Part shown: positions 10,901 through 23,004 of the stretch, in pieces
Position numbering within the stretch: position 1 is the stretch's first letter
Layout of the letters: the number at the start of each line of letters is the position of its first letter
Source: Balanoglossus misakiensis
Taxonomy: Eukaryota > Animalia > Hemichordata
Direction: 5' to 3'
DNA: 64,000 nucleotides
Assembly: GCA_040954595.2 (NCBI GenBank)
Contig: CM082580.2
Location: forward strand, 9,154,390 to 9,218,389
The notes under the pieces: model-generated
Database searches by the model: none
Told to the model about the DNA's origin: nothing
What the model saw: the letters and a program-made list of their open reading frames with translations, nothing else
Translations under genes and position numbers: made by a program

Positions 10901-13900
10901 ATCATGGGATGCAGTGCAATAGGTTGGAAATGATTGTCGATGGAGTGCATGATCATGTGACCAACTGTCTTTAAAGAGAACCTTGTGAATGAGTTGATCT
11001 TTCTTAGTTTATTCCACACCCTCTTTCATTATATTTCCATCCTTTTAATACAGATTCTTTCTTTCGATCTTGATTCTGTAGGTGGCCTTCAGACCTCCGT
11101 CTATCAAAACATTTACTCAACAAATCACCGTAGTCTGTGACAATTGTCAAGTCAAACATTTTACCCTCAAAGGTAAGTTTGGCTTTCAATCTTAGTCATC
11201 AAAGGCCAGAAATCAGACAATTTCCTGACAATTCAGTCTCCTGATTCTGTGTATTACTTCTTCTTTGACACAGGTGAAGGGCAGACTGCCGGGGTAGAAC
11301 TGGCTTCGGTGACCGACGGCGAGAGTTTTGCCCTTCCCGGTGAACTCTGTGACCTCACGGCACAGCACCAAATTAAATTTGAAACTCTCAACCCCATGAC
11401 TTACACCCAGAAGAAAATAGTTGTCAAGAACACCACGTAAGTCACTGTGAAACTTGATTAAGTGTTAAGTTCTTGTCCAACATGAAGTTATAAGAAATTG
11501 AATTTCAAATAAAGTTGTTTAGTCGGGATGTGGCTGATCTCTTGAGCTCATCTAGGTATCCAAAGTGATACACTGAAAAAAGGAAAATGCATTATCCTGA
11601 TAAAATTGCTCAAAATAGGAAGTGAAAGTTGATTCATGGAGAACACAGGGGTTTCTTTCATAGAGACTACTGGACATTGTGTGCACCACTGGAAACAACT
11701 TCACATTTCATTTTTCCAGGAATGTGGAGTTGCCGTTCTGTTGGCAGACCTTCAAACCTCACATGGGAAATCTGACGTCCGGAGAAGGAGAAGATGAAGC
11801 AGAGAATATGGCCATCATACGCCACTTTGATCTGGACAGCGCATTTTACATTACACCAGAGGGAGGCACATTGCCTGCCAGTGAAACGCATGAGTTCACG
11901 TTGACCTTTGCACCCATGAAGGTGAGGATAACTTTGAAACCTTCTAGGCTGATCCATTGAAGAAACCAAACAAAATAATAAAATTTCAAACAAACATTAT
12001 TCAAATTCCATAAAAAGGTTATTTCAAGATTGAGATCAGTCTGACCGTTCATTTTTGATCCACCCTAATCATAGGTCGGGAACTACCATAGCGTCACTCA
12101 CCTCATCCTCCAACAAATTCCCGAGTTGCCACAGCAACAGGATGCGGAAACCGGTGAAGATCTGGAGAAGCGGGTGATGACCGAGAAGTCGCCCAGTCAA
12201 GAGGGGCCACACCCGCCGTCCGCCCAAAGCAAACCCAAAACCCCCGAGGAAGTGATACCCGTCAGGGATGTGACGGGGTTAGAGATTGAACTGAAAGCTG
12301 CGTGTGAGCCTTTGAACGTGGAGGTCAAACCCTATGCTATCTTCATCCCGGGACAGCTGTTGGTGGCAACTACCATCAGGAGACAGTTTCTGGTGAGTGG
12401 CATCACAATTTTAAGTCAACAGTTTCCTGTATTGTATGCTAATTTCAACTTTCCCCAACTAAAAGCAATGGATTTTAAAATGATCACAAAAAATACCTTG
12501 TCTGTGACCACCCTGAAATTTCTCTCACTAAACAACCAGTACACGAATCCACCATTTACCCACACAGATGACGAACCACAGCATCACTGGCGTCAACTAC
12601 TCCTGGTCGTCGCTGCAAGACACACACTTCATCGAGGTGGAGAATCCACAGGGTGAGATAGGCGGCGGGGAAACCCTGGAAATGAACATGTCCATATCGG
12701 GAGGGAAACCCGGCAAAATCGACCACACTCTGATCTGTAACATCGAGCATCGCGATGAGCCACTCACTCTAAGAATCCAAGCCGAAATCAAGGTGAAAAA
12801 CATATACATTTCTCTTTCTTCTTTATTTGATAATGTTTGATTTTTTTCACAGTGTACTGTATAGCATCAACATCACCATTCTGAATGTCATTGATTCTGT
12901 CCTGTGCATACACATACCAGTAGTTGATGTCACAGACAAGAACAGATCCTGATCTGATAATTTAGTTGCAAAGGCTTACATGTAAGAATATCACAGAAGT
13001 ATATTATGAAACAACAAGAGTCAATGAAAGTAACATAAAGCAAAGTTTATCCAGCTGTGTGACTGACTAGACCGCAACACTGACTTGTTAATTGCCAGGG
13101 CCCTGAGGTCGTCGTGAGAACTCCGGCGCTAGACTTTGGATTGGTGAGATACGGAGAGAGTGCCAGGGAAGAGATTGTGATCGAAAACACGTCTCAAGTG
13201 GCAGCCAAGTGGAGAATACGGGAGGGTGAAGAATTTCTATCCAAAGATGAAAAAGGACAGGTGGTAAGTAGGATCACTGCAAAGACACATATATAAACCA
13301 GGCACCTCTGACACCAAACAGTTGCTTCATTCCCTTTGGTGTCCAGTTTAAACAGGTTTTATAAGATTCTTAAAACTTGGACTCATTCTCTCTTTCATTC
13401 ATTTTCTCCAAATCAGGCTGTGTCAGATTTTGTCTTCACCCCCTCCGGAGGTGAGCTGTCACCCTTGGGATCTGCGACCATCAGTTTGTTGTTCCAGCCG
13501 ACTGAATGCAAAAGATACAACACTGTATTCGAAGTGCTTATTGAGGATGGTGTGAACAGGTGAGGACTACAGGAACTCTCATAGTTTTCTTCTCCATACC
13601 CTAGAATTGTGTTTTACTAGGAAGTAGCATGTTGTTAAAATTTGACTTTAGTTCATGTTTTTAACTCTGTTTTTTTCTGTGTGTTTGCCATCTGTCAGTT
13701 TCCTGTCCGCGTGTGGGGAGGTGCAGCATCCGCAAGCATGTCTGCTGTCGTGTCAGTTGGAGATGCCAGAGGTGTATGTGGGAGTGCCTGTAATGAACAC
13801 CATCAAACTGCTGAACCAGACTCTGCTGGGAACGGTATATAAATGGGGGAAGGTGAGTTGTTTTGCCATTGTGTTGCTTTGTGATTTGATTTAGTCATTA

Positions 13901-16900
13901 TTTGTGTATTCAGGAAATTCTACAGAGGAGGAGTACCATTTACCCCCATTTTCCTCTATTGAGGAAAATTCAGCATTGCTTTAGAATGGACAAATTAAAA
14001 TTAAAATTTCTTTCTTTCCTTCCCCTATTTGTTCACAGCTTGAAGGTAATGATGCAGCACACTGCAGTGTGAGTGTAACCCCTGCATCTGGTAACTTGGA
14101 ATCCCGTCAAGAGCTTAGCTTAGAGGTGACATTCACTGCACACCAAAAGGTGAGTCAGCACTTGATTCTTTAATGAAAATCTCTGCCTGAAATAATCAAT
14201 TCACAGTATATGTACCATCCTGAGGCCGGGCAAACTGCATATTGTGATTTCTCTCTGTTCGTGTGTGTTACTGTTGAAAATTATACATGACATACTAATA
14301 TTCATTCCAGGCACTTGAATAATATAGAGTAGATTTCACACACTTTCAACAGTCATTCTGAAGATTATCAAACTGTTGCAATTGCAGGGCCCCGTGATGG
14401 ACTGTAAAATTCCATGCCATGTAGAAGGGATGGATAAACCCATCTACTTGGCAATGCTGTGTGATGTCAAAGGTTTGTCTGTCACATACAGAACACCAAA
14501 GGAGATCACAGATACAAGGTATGTACAAGCAGAGAGCTGTATACATTGGTGTGATGATGGTTCTAGGATAGCCACCCCCGGGGTGTTTACCCATCAGACA
14601 CTTACCCTAAACCAGTCCCTGTGAACTGTTGATCGCAATTTGTAGCAGAAGTTTTCCTCCATTTCATTTCAGACCAGAGGTTTCTAATGAAGAAGAGGCA
14701 CTGTTGTTGGACTTTGGCAAGGACGTGCAGCTTGGCACCAATCCAAAGAGATACGTACACATCACCAATAACTCAGCCATTGTCGCGCCATTCAACATCA
14801 GTGTTGACTACTTCGTGGCTGGAAAACCCCCAACACCACCTGACAACAGGAAAGACTCTGCCAGAAGTAATGGGTAAGAAAAATATTCAGGAGAAAAAGC
14901 TTGCTTATCTGCCATAGTGTACTGCATGTGGTATCATCTTGTTCATTTAAGTCATCAGGACAAAAAAGTAGAGCAAAACTGCATGAGCACCTGGCAAACC
15001 TAGACTCATGAAGATATTTTTTATCCGCACAGACAAAGACGAGCCCTGTTGGGCCGCACACCCAACCTGTCGGACCCTCTGAGCAAGACCAGCAGCCGGG
15101 CGGAGTCCGACTATTCCAAGGCGGTGCTCAGAGATGGCAGAGGGGCGGCGTTTGTCATCTATCCCGAAACAGGAACCCTGGCACCATTCAGCGAACAGAT
15201 GATTGAGGTCACTGCCTTCACTGACATGTGGGGTCAGTACAACGACACTCTGATTTGTAAGGTGAGCATTTCAATGTCTGTATTCTTCCGAGACTGAGTA
15301 GATTGGAGCAGAGTTCGGTTTATGAAAAGGTTGAAATGGACTAATTCACCATTAATTTTCAACCGGAAGTAACACACTCTCAATCCTCCAATTTCTCATC
15401 ATCACAGATTGATGACTTGGACCCAGTGACTATACCAATTGAAATGTCAATCGAGGGATGTCCTCTCAACTTCCAAATGATGGCTGCGCTGAAAGAACAA
15501 ATGCCGATTGTCAGGTTTGGAACCCACGTATCCGGTGTGCCACCTGTTAGCCGACCAATGAGAGTCAACAATACCAGTCCATATGGTAGGTCATGTAGGG
15601 ATCATGAAAATGGCTAATCTTATCCAAGCAATTTGTATTATGAACAGTACTTCCAGTTGCAGTGTCTCCATGGTGGTATTCCTTCTTCCACCTATATGAG
15701 TCTGTCTTCTCTCTTTTCAACAGACATCCGCGTGGACTGGGAGACGTATAACCTGGCCGAAGGAGACGCCAAACTGATCGACCTCCTGGTGAACATCGGG
15801 GATCCCTTCCCACTGAGAGACAAAAACGGCGAGGAAATCATCCCGGAAGAGACCGATGAAGAGCCCAAGCCGCTGCCGGTGATGAAGGACAAGTTCTACG
15901 CGGAGACGCCGGACACTGACATGACGCCCGTCACACGCAATGTCACAACCCTCGGCACCCATGGCCAAGAGGAAGAGCAGAAACCTCCCAGACTCATCAC
16001 AGTCCGAATGAGAGAACACGAGGGAATTCCTGGTGATCAACCGTTCACAATTGAACCAAGTCAGGTGGTACGTATAAGCAGTCAACCTCAGTTTATACAA
16101 GAAAAGAACCTAAATGATCACATAACCAAAAAAGCATTAACAAGTAGTTGATCAATCATTCAAAATCAACCTGTCAGTTGGTCAGTCATTCAAAATCAGT
16201 CTATCAATCTCATGACCAATCAATCAAGCCATTGATCACTCAATCGATCAATTAGTCTGTCAATCAATCATTGAAAATTAGTCAATTTGTTGTAACTCCT
16301 ACTCCGTGTCCATCACACCAGGTCATACCAGCCAGGAGTCACATTCTACTGACGGCCTGTTTCACACCCTTCACCAACTCCATGGTGGAAGAAGGCACCG
16401 ACTGTGTTGGCTATGCCCAGGGCTTTATGAGTCTCGACAACAAGAGGATTCAGAATGTGGCCAGTTACGTGGCCAGAGAACAGGGACTGGATGTGCCACC
16501 GCTGAGGTTGGACTTCACTGCACACGTCAAGCCAGCAATGTGAGTAGAAAAACCAGATCTGCACTTTTTACTTGAATGTTTGCTTTTCCTGTCACTGCAG
16601 ACAGACTCAAAATTCGAATAATGAATTCAAAAACACCTGTACAACAATACCTTTGTAGCCAGGAATGTAAGCTTCCACTTAACAGACAAGAAAGAAGAAG
16701 GGTTTCTGATTGTGATACACTCCTGACCAATTACAGGTTGACCATTGAGACACTTGATGACGACGGCATGGTGTACAACACAGCAGCCAGTGACCTGATG
16801 CAAGATGGCCGCCTGGTCCACCAGTACTTGAAGGCGCAGAGCAGCAAACTGACCAACATGACAGAGACGCCGCTGAACTTCAAGATGGTAACTCACCACC

Positions 16901-18328
16901 CATTTGTGTTGGTCGGAATGGATCCCGATGCCAGCGACGGCAGGCAGGGAAGCTCTCAGATCAGACAGAAATCGGCAAAGAGGCCCATATTAAGCACAGA
17001 GAGCGAGCAGTTCTCACTCAGGCCACAGTATAACCTGCAGGTACGTCTCTGTGAAGTTTACTAGGTATCGAAGATGTGGTGTTTCGAGTGAGACTGTCAT
17101 ATCTAGTTATGTTATGTTAGCACCACCAACACCAGTCACCCAAATCTGCCTCAAATCTGTAAATTTGTAGCTAAAATTTCTCTTTAACAAAACAACAACA
17201 ACATACATGCAAGTGAATTAAATGAAAGGGAAAAACATCATAGCAACCAAATGTTTTCCTGCTTGACTTTTGTCATCATTTTTGTAGGTGAAAGCAGCAT
17301 TCTGTCTGACGATGGACCTCATCCACGAATACCTGTACAGCTTGGAGAGCGGCGAAGAGGTTGAGGGAGTGTCCTTGACAGTGACCGAGGCCGAGAGGCG
17401 ACTGTGTTTCTCTGAAAACTTGGAGATGAGATTTAACAATGATACAGTGCAGGTAGGTAGCAAACTTAGGGTACTGTTGTGGGTAGCATACACATTATAC
17501 AAGACCCATCGCACAAGTACCGTACTTCCGGTAGTCAGATTTTCAGTGGGTGTACTGTGACCCTGATGTGGGTCAATTTATGTACTTTCATATGTGGCTT
17601 TTTTTTCTCCAGACTCTGCCACTGTATGCCACTGTTACCATTCCATCGCTGATGCTCTCCCACGAGTCGCTGGACTTTGGCACCTGTTTGGTGGGACAGC
17701 AAAGGGAACTTGAAATTTTCCTGAAGAACCCTACTGGCTCTGATTGCTACTGGACAGCCACTGTTGGTAAGTTTTCTGGGAAGAACACTATGTTTAAGTA
17801 CCTTGTATAAGTCTCTGTTCTTTCAATGATCAAGGGGTAATTTTCACCAATTGGACATGATAATGACAGTGTAGTATTTCCTTCCGTCTACAGACAAAGC
17901 ATCGAGAGCTGTGAATGGCATGTTTGGTGTTACACCAGCCAGTGGATTCCTAGAGGCACATGTGACACATGTTTCCAAGAGTAAAGCTTACGTCAAGATT
18001 CAGTTCACTGCAAAGTAAGCATGTCACATTTTCATCAGTATATTCTGTCTGTGTTGACATGTCTGTCTGTCTGCACATATACATGTATGTATATGTGCGT
18101 GTATTCTTATGAATATGTAAGTCCGTATGTATGTAAATTTTATTTGTTGAAAACATCACTTGATGAAGTAAATAACAAAGCATTCTCTCTCTCTCTGTCT
18201 TCAGGCACAACACAGATTACGAGTGTGTGTTTGTTTTCCAAGGAATGCTGGGTGAAGAACCAAGAAAACTGTATGTCAGAGGTCAAGGGTCATATGATGG
18301 TAGACATGAAGCACTGGTCAACATCTAA
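7961..18328 (+). CDS. DLEC1: DLEC1/CFAP81 cilia- and flagella-associated protein (ASH/Ig-like domains), roughly 30 exons
   Basis: N-terminus SQDISHVLASTFRELF...YHERYVEQLRK/VQAERERRMAEAAMLERHIMQARARA...LGLPP and LKKHHLIVPEDF. Internal DFLKNPRH, GIIAPGMS, LDFGLVRYGE and LDFGTCLVGQQRE motifs. C-terminus GMLGEEPRKLYVRGQGSYDGRHEALVNI* (TAA 18326-18328). These match the recalled DLEC1 architecture, and exons are flanked by AG/GT. Confidence 0.92.
8914..8996. mobile_element. Degenerate ~85-bp MITE with piggyBac-like ends
   Basis: TAAACCCT...GGGGTGAAAGGGTTAA in a DLEC1 intron; same right end as the copy at 28454-28546. Confidence 0.5.
16148..16285. repeat. Degenerate (TCAA/TCAG)n tetranucleotide array in a DLEC1 intron
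   Basis: Repeated tcaatca/gtcaatcaatca units. Confidence 0.6.
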
Positions 18329-19499
18329 ATCAACTGGCCAATGGCAGCGTGATCATCACATGACTTTTACAGAACGCTGAACACCATTACTTCCGTCCTT
18401 ATCAGTAAATCTTTTACGAATTTTCAATATTCTCCTGTACATATCCTTTCATATATGTAATCCTTGTGCAGTGTAACCAATTCTCATATTTTGACAAAAA
18501 TGTATATTTTGTAAAATGATATCTTATTTGGAAAAAATACTGCATTTGACAAAATGTTATCATAATAAATACATTTGTATTATAATATTTGTAAATTTGA
18601 CTTGATGATGTTAACTTTCATATTCATGTTGTTTATGAGTGCACTGTGCTGTAATTATTCCTATACCATAATTTACCCAGAAAAGTCTACTTTCAAAATG
18701 GCTGTAGGTTTGCTATGGAATAAATATGTATGTATACATAAGATTTTAGCAGTGTATTTAATCCAGGAATTTGTTGCAGAGTGTATTGTTGCTTGTGTGC
18801 GAGGGCCATTTTATACAATGGATGGTGGGGGTGTTGTGACAGTACAAATTTCAGACCCTGTGTAGAAAAAAATTGTAGACCAAAAATGGCCACGGAAAGT
18901 TGGAGTCACCGTGTAACTTTTAAACCTAGTCTGGAGACCTAGAAGTGGCAATTCAAGGAAGAAACTGCACGTATGACCCCCATGTTAGACCTTGAATGGA
19001 ACTTAGAATTTTGCATATCATGGATACAAAAATAAACCACTAAAGACCAGAGATAGATGAACTGCTCATTGAAGTTCGAAGGTTGTGTCTTTAAATACCG
19101 CCAGCGGCCAAACAAATTTATTCTTTTGTTTTTAGTCAGATTTCATGAGAACGCGTTCAGAAGGAAAAGCTGCTTGTCGTGCAGGATAGAAAATGTAAAG
19201 TAATAAAAAATAATGTGAATGAATAGCAGAAGCTACTTTATTTGCACCATCCATAGTTTGATACATCACTTTATAATCAATAATGAATAAAAAAGTTTTA
19301 GCATGCGTCTGTTTCATATGGTACAAAAACGAACACTGTTGAAAGCATTGTTATTTCATGTACGAAGGGAATATGTGTAGTTATTATAGATCACCACTTT
19401 CGCATACACATTTAGTTCACCCTGCACTAAACTTCCCTTCCCCTGTCCCTGCACTTGACACTGAGACGGTGACAGGACTTGCAAGCTTGATACATTTAT

Positions 19500-19720
19500 T
19501 TGCTTCGCGGATAGGGGTCAACACAATAGTCCCGCGAAGCCCTCCCTCTAGGAACCATTGCTCTATTCACTGTTGTCGGCCATCTTGGTTCTGACAGTCA
19601 ATCAGTGAGTTCGATGGTGATTTCCGGGTTGCAAACTGTATGAAGTTTGACAACGATTTTCAACATATCAACGCTATGTTCAGCTTAATACCACTTGTCG
19701 CGGCAAAGTGTACGAGGTGA
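19500..19720 (+). promoter_or_regulatory. Putative WIP promoter and non-coding first exon
   Basis: CpG-rich patch with YY1-type CGGCCATCTTGG (19577-19588), ETS-like TTCCGG (about 19622) and donor GAG/GTGAGT at 19716/19717. A matching acceptor TTCTGTAG lies at about 22948, upstream of the WIP ATG. Confidence 0.5.
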
Positions 19721-22700
19721 GTGAACCGTTGTCTGGTGATGAACGTTTTCAGGGCTTCCGATCGTTTCTTGTGTCCCAGGTGTGACTTTTAAGGCGGGTG
19801 ATTCGCCGAGTTTCCAGTCACTCCCCTTTCGTGTATGTTGCATAGCGGTATGGACATGCCTCCCGCATAGCTGTCCCGACTGGAGAACCAAACAACGGTG
19901 CGACAGAGACACCAAAAAACGTCGTGTTACGGCCAACAATTATTCGTTCGACACACCCGTGCGTCGTCGTGTATGTTTAGCAAAACAATGTCACCGGGTT
20001 AAAGTCCGCTAGGACACATGCCACCGGTCCACACCTCCCCAGGTTTGGCTCGGTGGCAGTGGACGTTTATCTCATCAGCGGACGTTCTCCCCAGCCAAAC
20101 TGACCACTATTTTCCTGGCGCAAGTAATCGGGTACTCTAGACGTATCTTTATCAGTGTCATAGTCTGTTGCCAATGTAATTAGTTTGATTTCTGCTATCG
20201 AGACGTGACCCGCTGTATAAGTGTCAAGGACGGAACTAAGGAAGGCCGAAGGGGGCAGTGTCGTGCAGCGGTCCGGTGTTCTATGTTACGGGTAGAATGG
20301 ATTGTATTATCGGGCGTGTTCGTTACGAAATCCATGCATATCGCCTGGCACATAAACTTTGTCAAACAGCAATTTCCAAGGATTTCAGGAAGTTGCGTTG
20401 CCTATCTGTTTCAAACTGCGAACTTCTTATATATTTAAATAGAAACAGGATATGAGACAACACACAATAACACTTGGAACAGTTTTTTTATAATCTACTT
20501 CCTTATAGCGTTCGTATGTGTTTTCACCTCTTCCTCCCTATTTATTTTGTTTACCCCGTCCAGTCATTGCTTGACTACTAGACTAGTTGTTCGAAGTACT
20601 GGCTACTTTTTTGCTTAAGTCAAATTCTCAATCAGCATAGATATACGTCCTCCATTGTATGGCTATGATCCCGTAATAATGAACTCACAACCCACCATCA
20701 TTATCATTATAATATATGATATATGAACAATACTTTTATATTATGATCACCAGTGATCATGTGTCCATTGGTGTCTTTGTTGACATTTACCATAATTGCA
20801 TTCTTATGAATTCAGGTTTATGATTAAAGTTTGGCAAACACGTTCAGTTTGTGACTGTCAGTCAGTATGATCCAGGGTGTTTTTCTTTGAAGAATGTTGT
20901 CATCATACCTGTCATTTACTCATTTTGGATTGGGTTTTGGCATCCTCCCTCGCAATAAGGAATTAGACTAAATTTTAGTCATGAAAGGGAGGAACCAGAA
21001 CAGATGGTCAGATTTTTAAACTGTCAACTCACTGACTCATCAAATTTGTTCTGTATAATCAGGCAGGTGTTCCATGACTTGTTTTGTAAATGCATTCCTA
21101 GGTTAGTGTGCCATTTCAGCACATGAAATCAAACATTAAAAATTGGTGTGGTCGTACAACACCTGAAAATGCCAAAAAAATTTCAGTATCCAGCAGATGT
21201 AGTTAGCCACACTTGCACGAATGATTTGTCATTCACACCACAAGGGAATGAATATAACATTTTATCAGCTACATTTATCAAATTATCTGTCCTTGTATGC
21301 AGTAAGATGACCTTTGATGATATGGCTCATAATATTCACACATCATTATTGGGGAAATTTACGACTGGGTTAGGTAATGTAAATGTTTTACAGAGATCTC
21401 GGTAGAATATTAGTAATTTGCAGTATCATAAAATGTGAAAATAGAAAAAAAATTGGGAAGTCTGTGTACATAAATTGAGAAATATGTCAGATTATGAAAT
21501 GGATAATGTTGGAAATGTGGGACCCTGGTTATTTCAGCATTCATGAGGAAGCACCAGCCTTGCCATACTTCATCAAATTTGCAAGTCGCACTCTCATGTT
21601 ACATGTAAAGCTATGAATACCTGGGAATGCTGTTCAAAACTGGACAGACTTGTGTTGAGTTGCACAAGATATAAATCACATTTTGCTGACAGACATTCAT
21701 TTCATTACTGATTAGACCGTCTTTGTTGACTGTACATGTACATGCCACAGTCGGAGAACTGGGTTTGCTGTTGGTCCCACTCACCCATGGTTACAAGGGT
21801 CCGTTCCTTGTAACCATGACCAGACTTGGTTAGTGTGTGTTGGGGGGGGGGGGGATTTCCCGACAATATTTGTGTGTTTGTCTTCTGTAATGCTTGTTGG
21901 ATTCCAGTATTGCTTGGCAATAATCACATTTAGAGTTAGTTTTTATTGAAATAAGATAAAGAGATGCCAAATTAATTAATTGCAGGGTTTTGTGCAAGCC
22001 TTTTTTATGGGAGAGCTGTTGATTTGTGTTAAAAATTAATTATGTAATTCATATATTCTTAATAAGTCCCAGAATTATAAACCATGTATACTAAGGGAAT
22101 GTAGTACTGAATAATTGACTGAGTCACCAAATTGCTTTCATAAAATGTTGGACTCCAATCCTTGTATTGCATATCTCCAGCAAATGTTTTCTGACTTCAA
22201 ACACTGCTGCTAAACCCCCACAAGGGCTTTTTGGAACACTTGAACCAGCACATGTACAAGTTGCAGTCCCTAGAGTTAAATTTAGGGGTACCCAGGTCAT
22301 GCATACCGTACCATACATAGCACAGAAGCCCTTCAACCTCCACAGTGCCAATACATGTACATGTACATAAATCCAGATATGTGTGCATGTTGAACTGAGA
22401 TAAGAGCGTGTTTCCCGGAAGAGACGGGGGAAGTGGTTAGGTTCAGGCTGGTGTGTATATCTGGTGATATGCAGGGTACTGACCATGGAGTTTTTTAGTA
22501 TTGATTTTGTGTCTTTGCAACTTTGTGATTGAAAAAGAGATGAGAGAGAGACACACACACATGTTAATGGTACACCTGTTATATGTGTTGTGACTTGATT
22601 CAATATGGTTGCCATGGGCCATTTTTGTCAATAGTCTGCTTAATATATAACTCAGATGTGCTAGGTCCAGGTTTGATTTATTCTACATGTACTTGACTCA

Positions 22701-23004
22701 AGGACTATATGAGCTATGGCATTATGTGAGTGTGTATTATATGACATGTTTATGAACATACATTATAAACTGATTTTACTGCTGTTTTTGTTGACAGATG
22801 TCATCAAAATGACTTCCTCCTGTGTTTGGGAAACTTTCTGGTCTAGTGAGGACTATTCAATACCCTGCATGTACCATAATTGAAGCAGACAAGTGCTGGC
22901 AAAAAAAGCATATTTTTCTAAATCAACCTGTTTTTCAATATTCTGTAGTTCATAGAACGTCTTTGAGAACATCTCATCTGGAGTAAACGTGAGAGACCAG
23001 CAGA

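Noticed and set aside
14548-14630. TGATGA box-C-like motif in a DLEC1 intron (possible snoRNA)
   Set aside because: No matching box D with a terminal stem.
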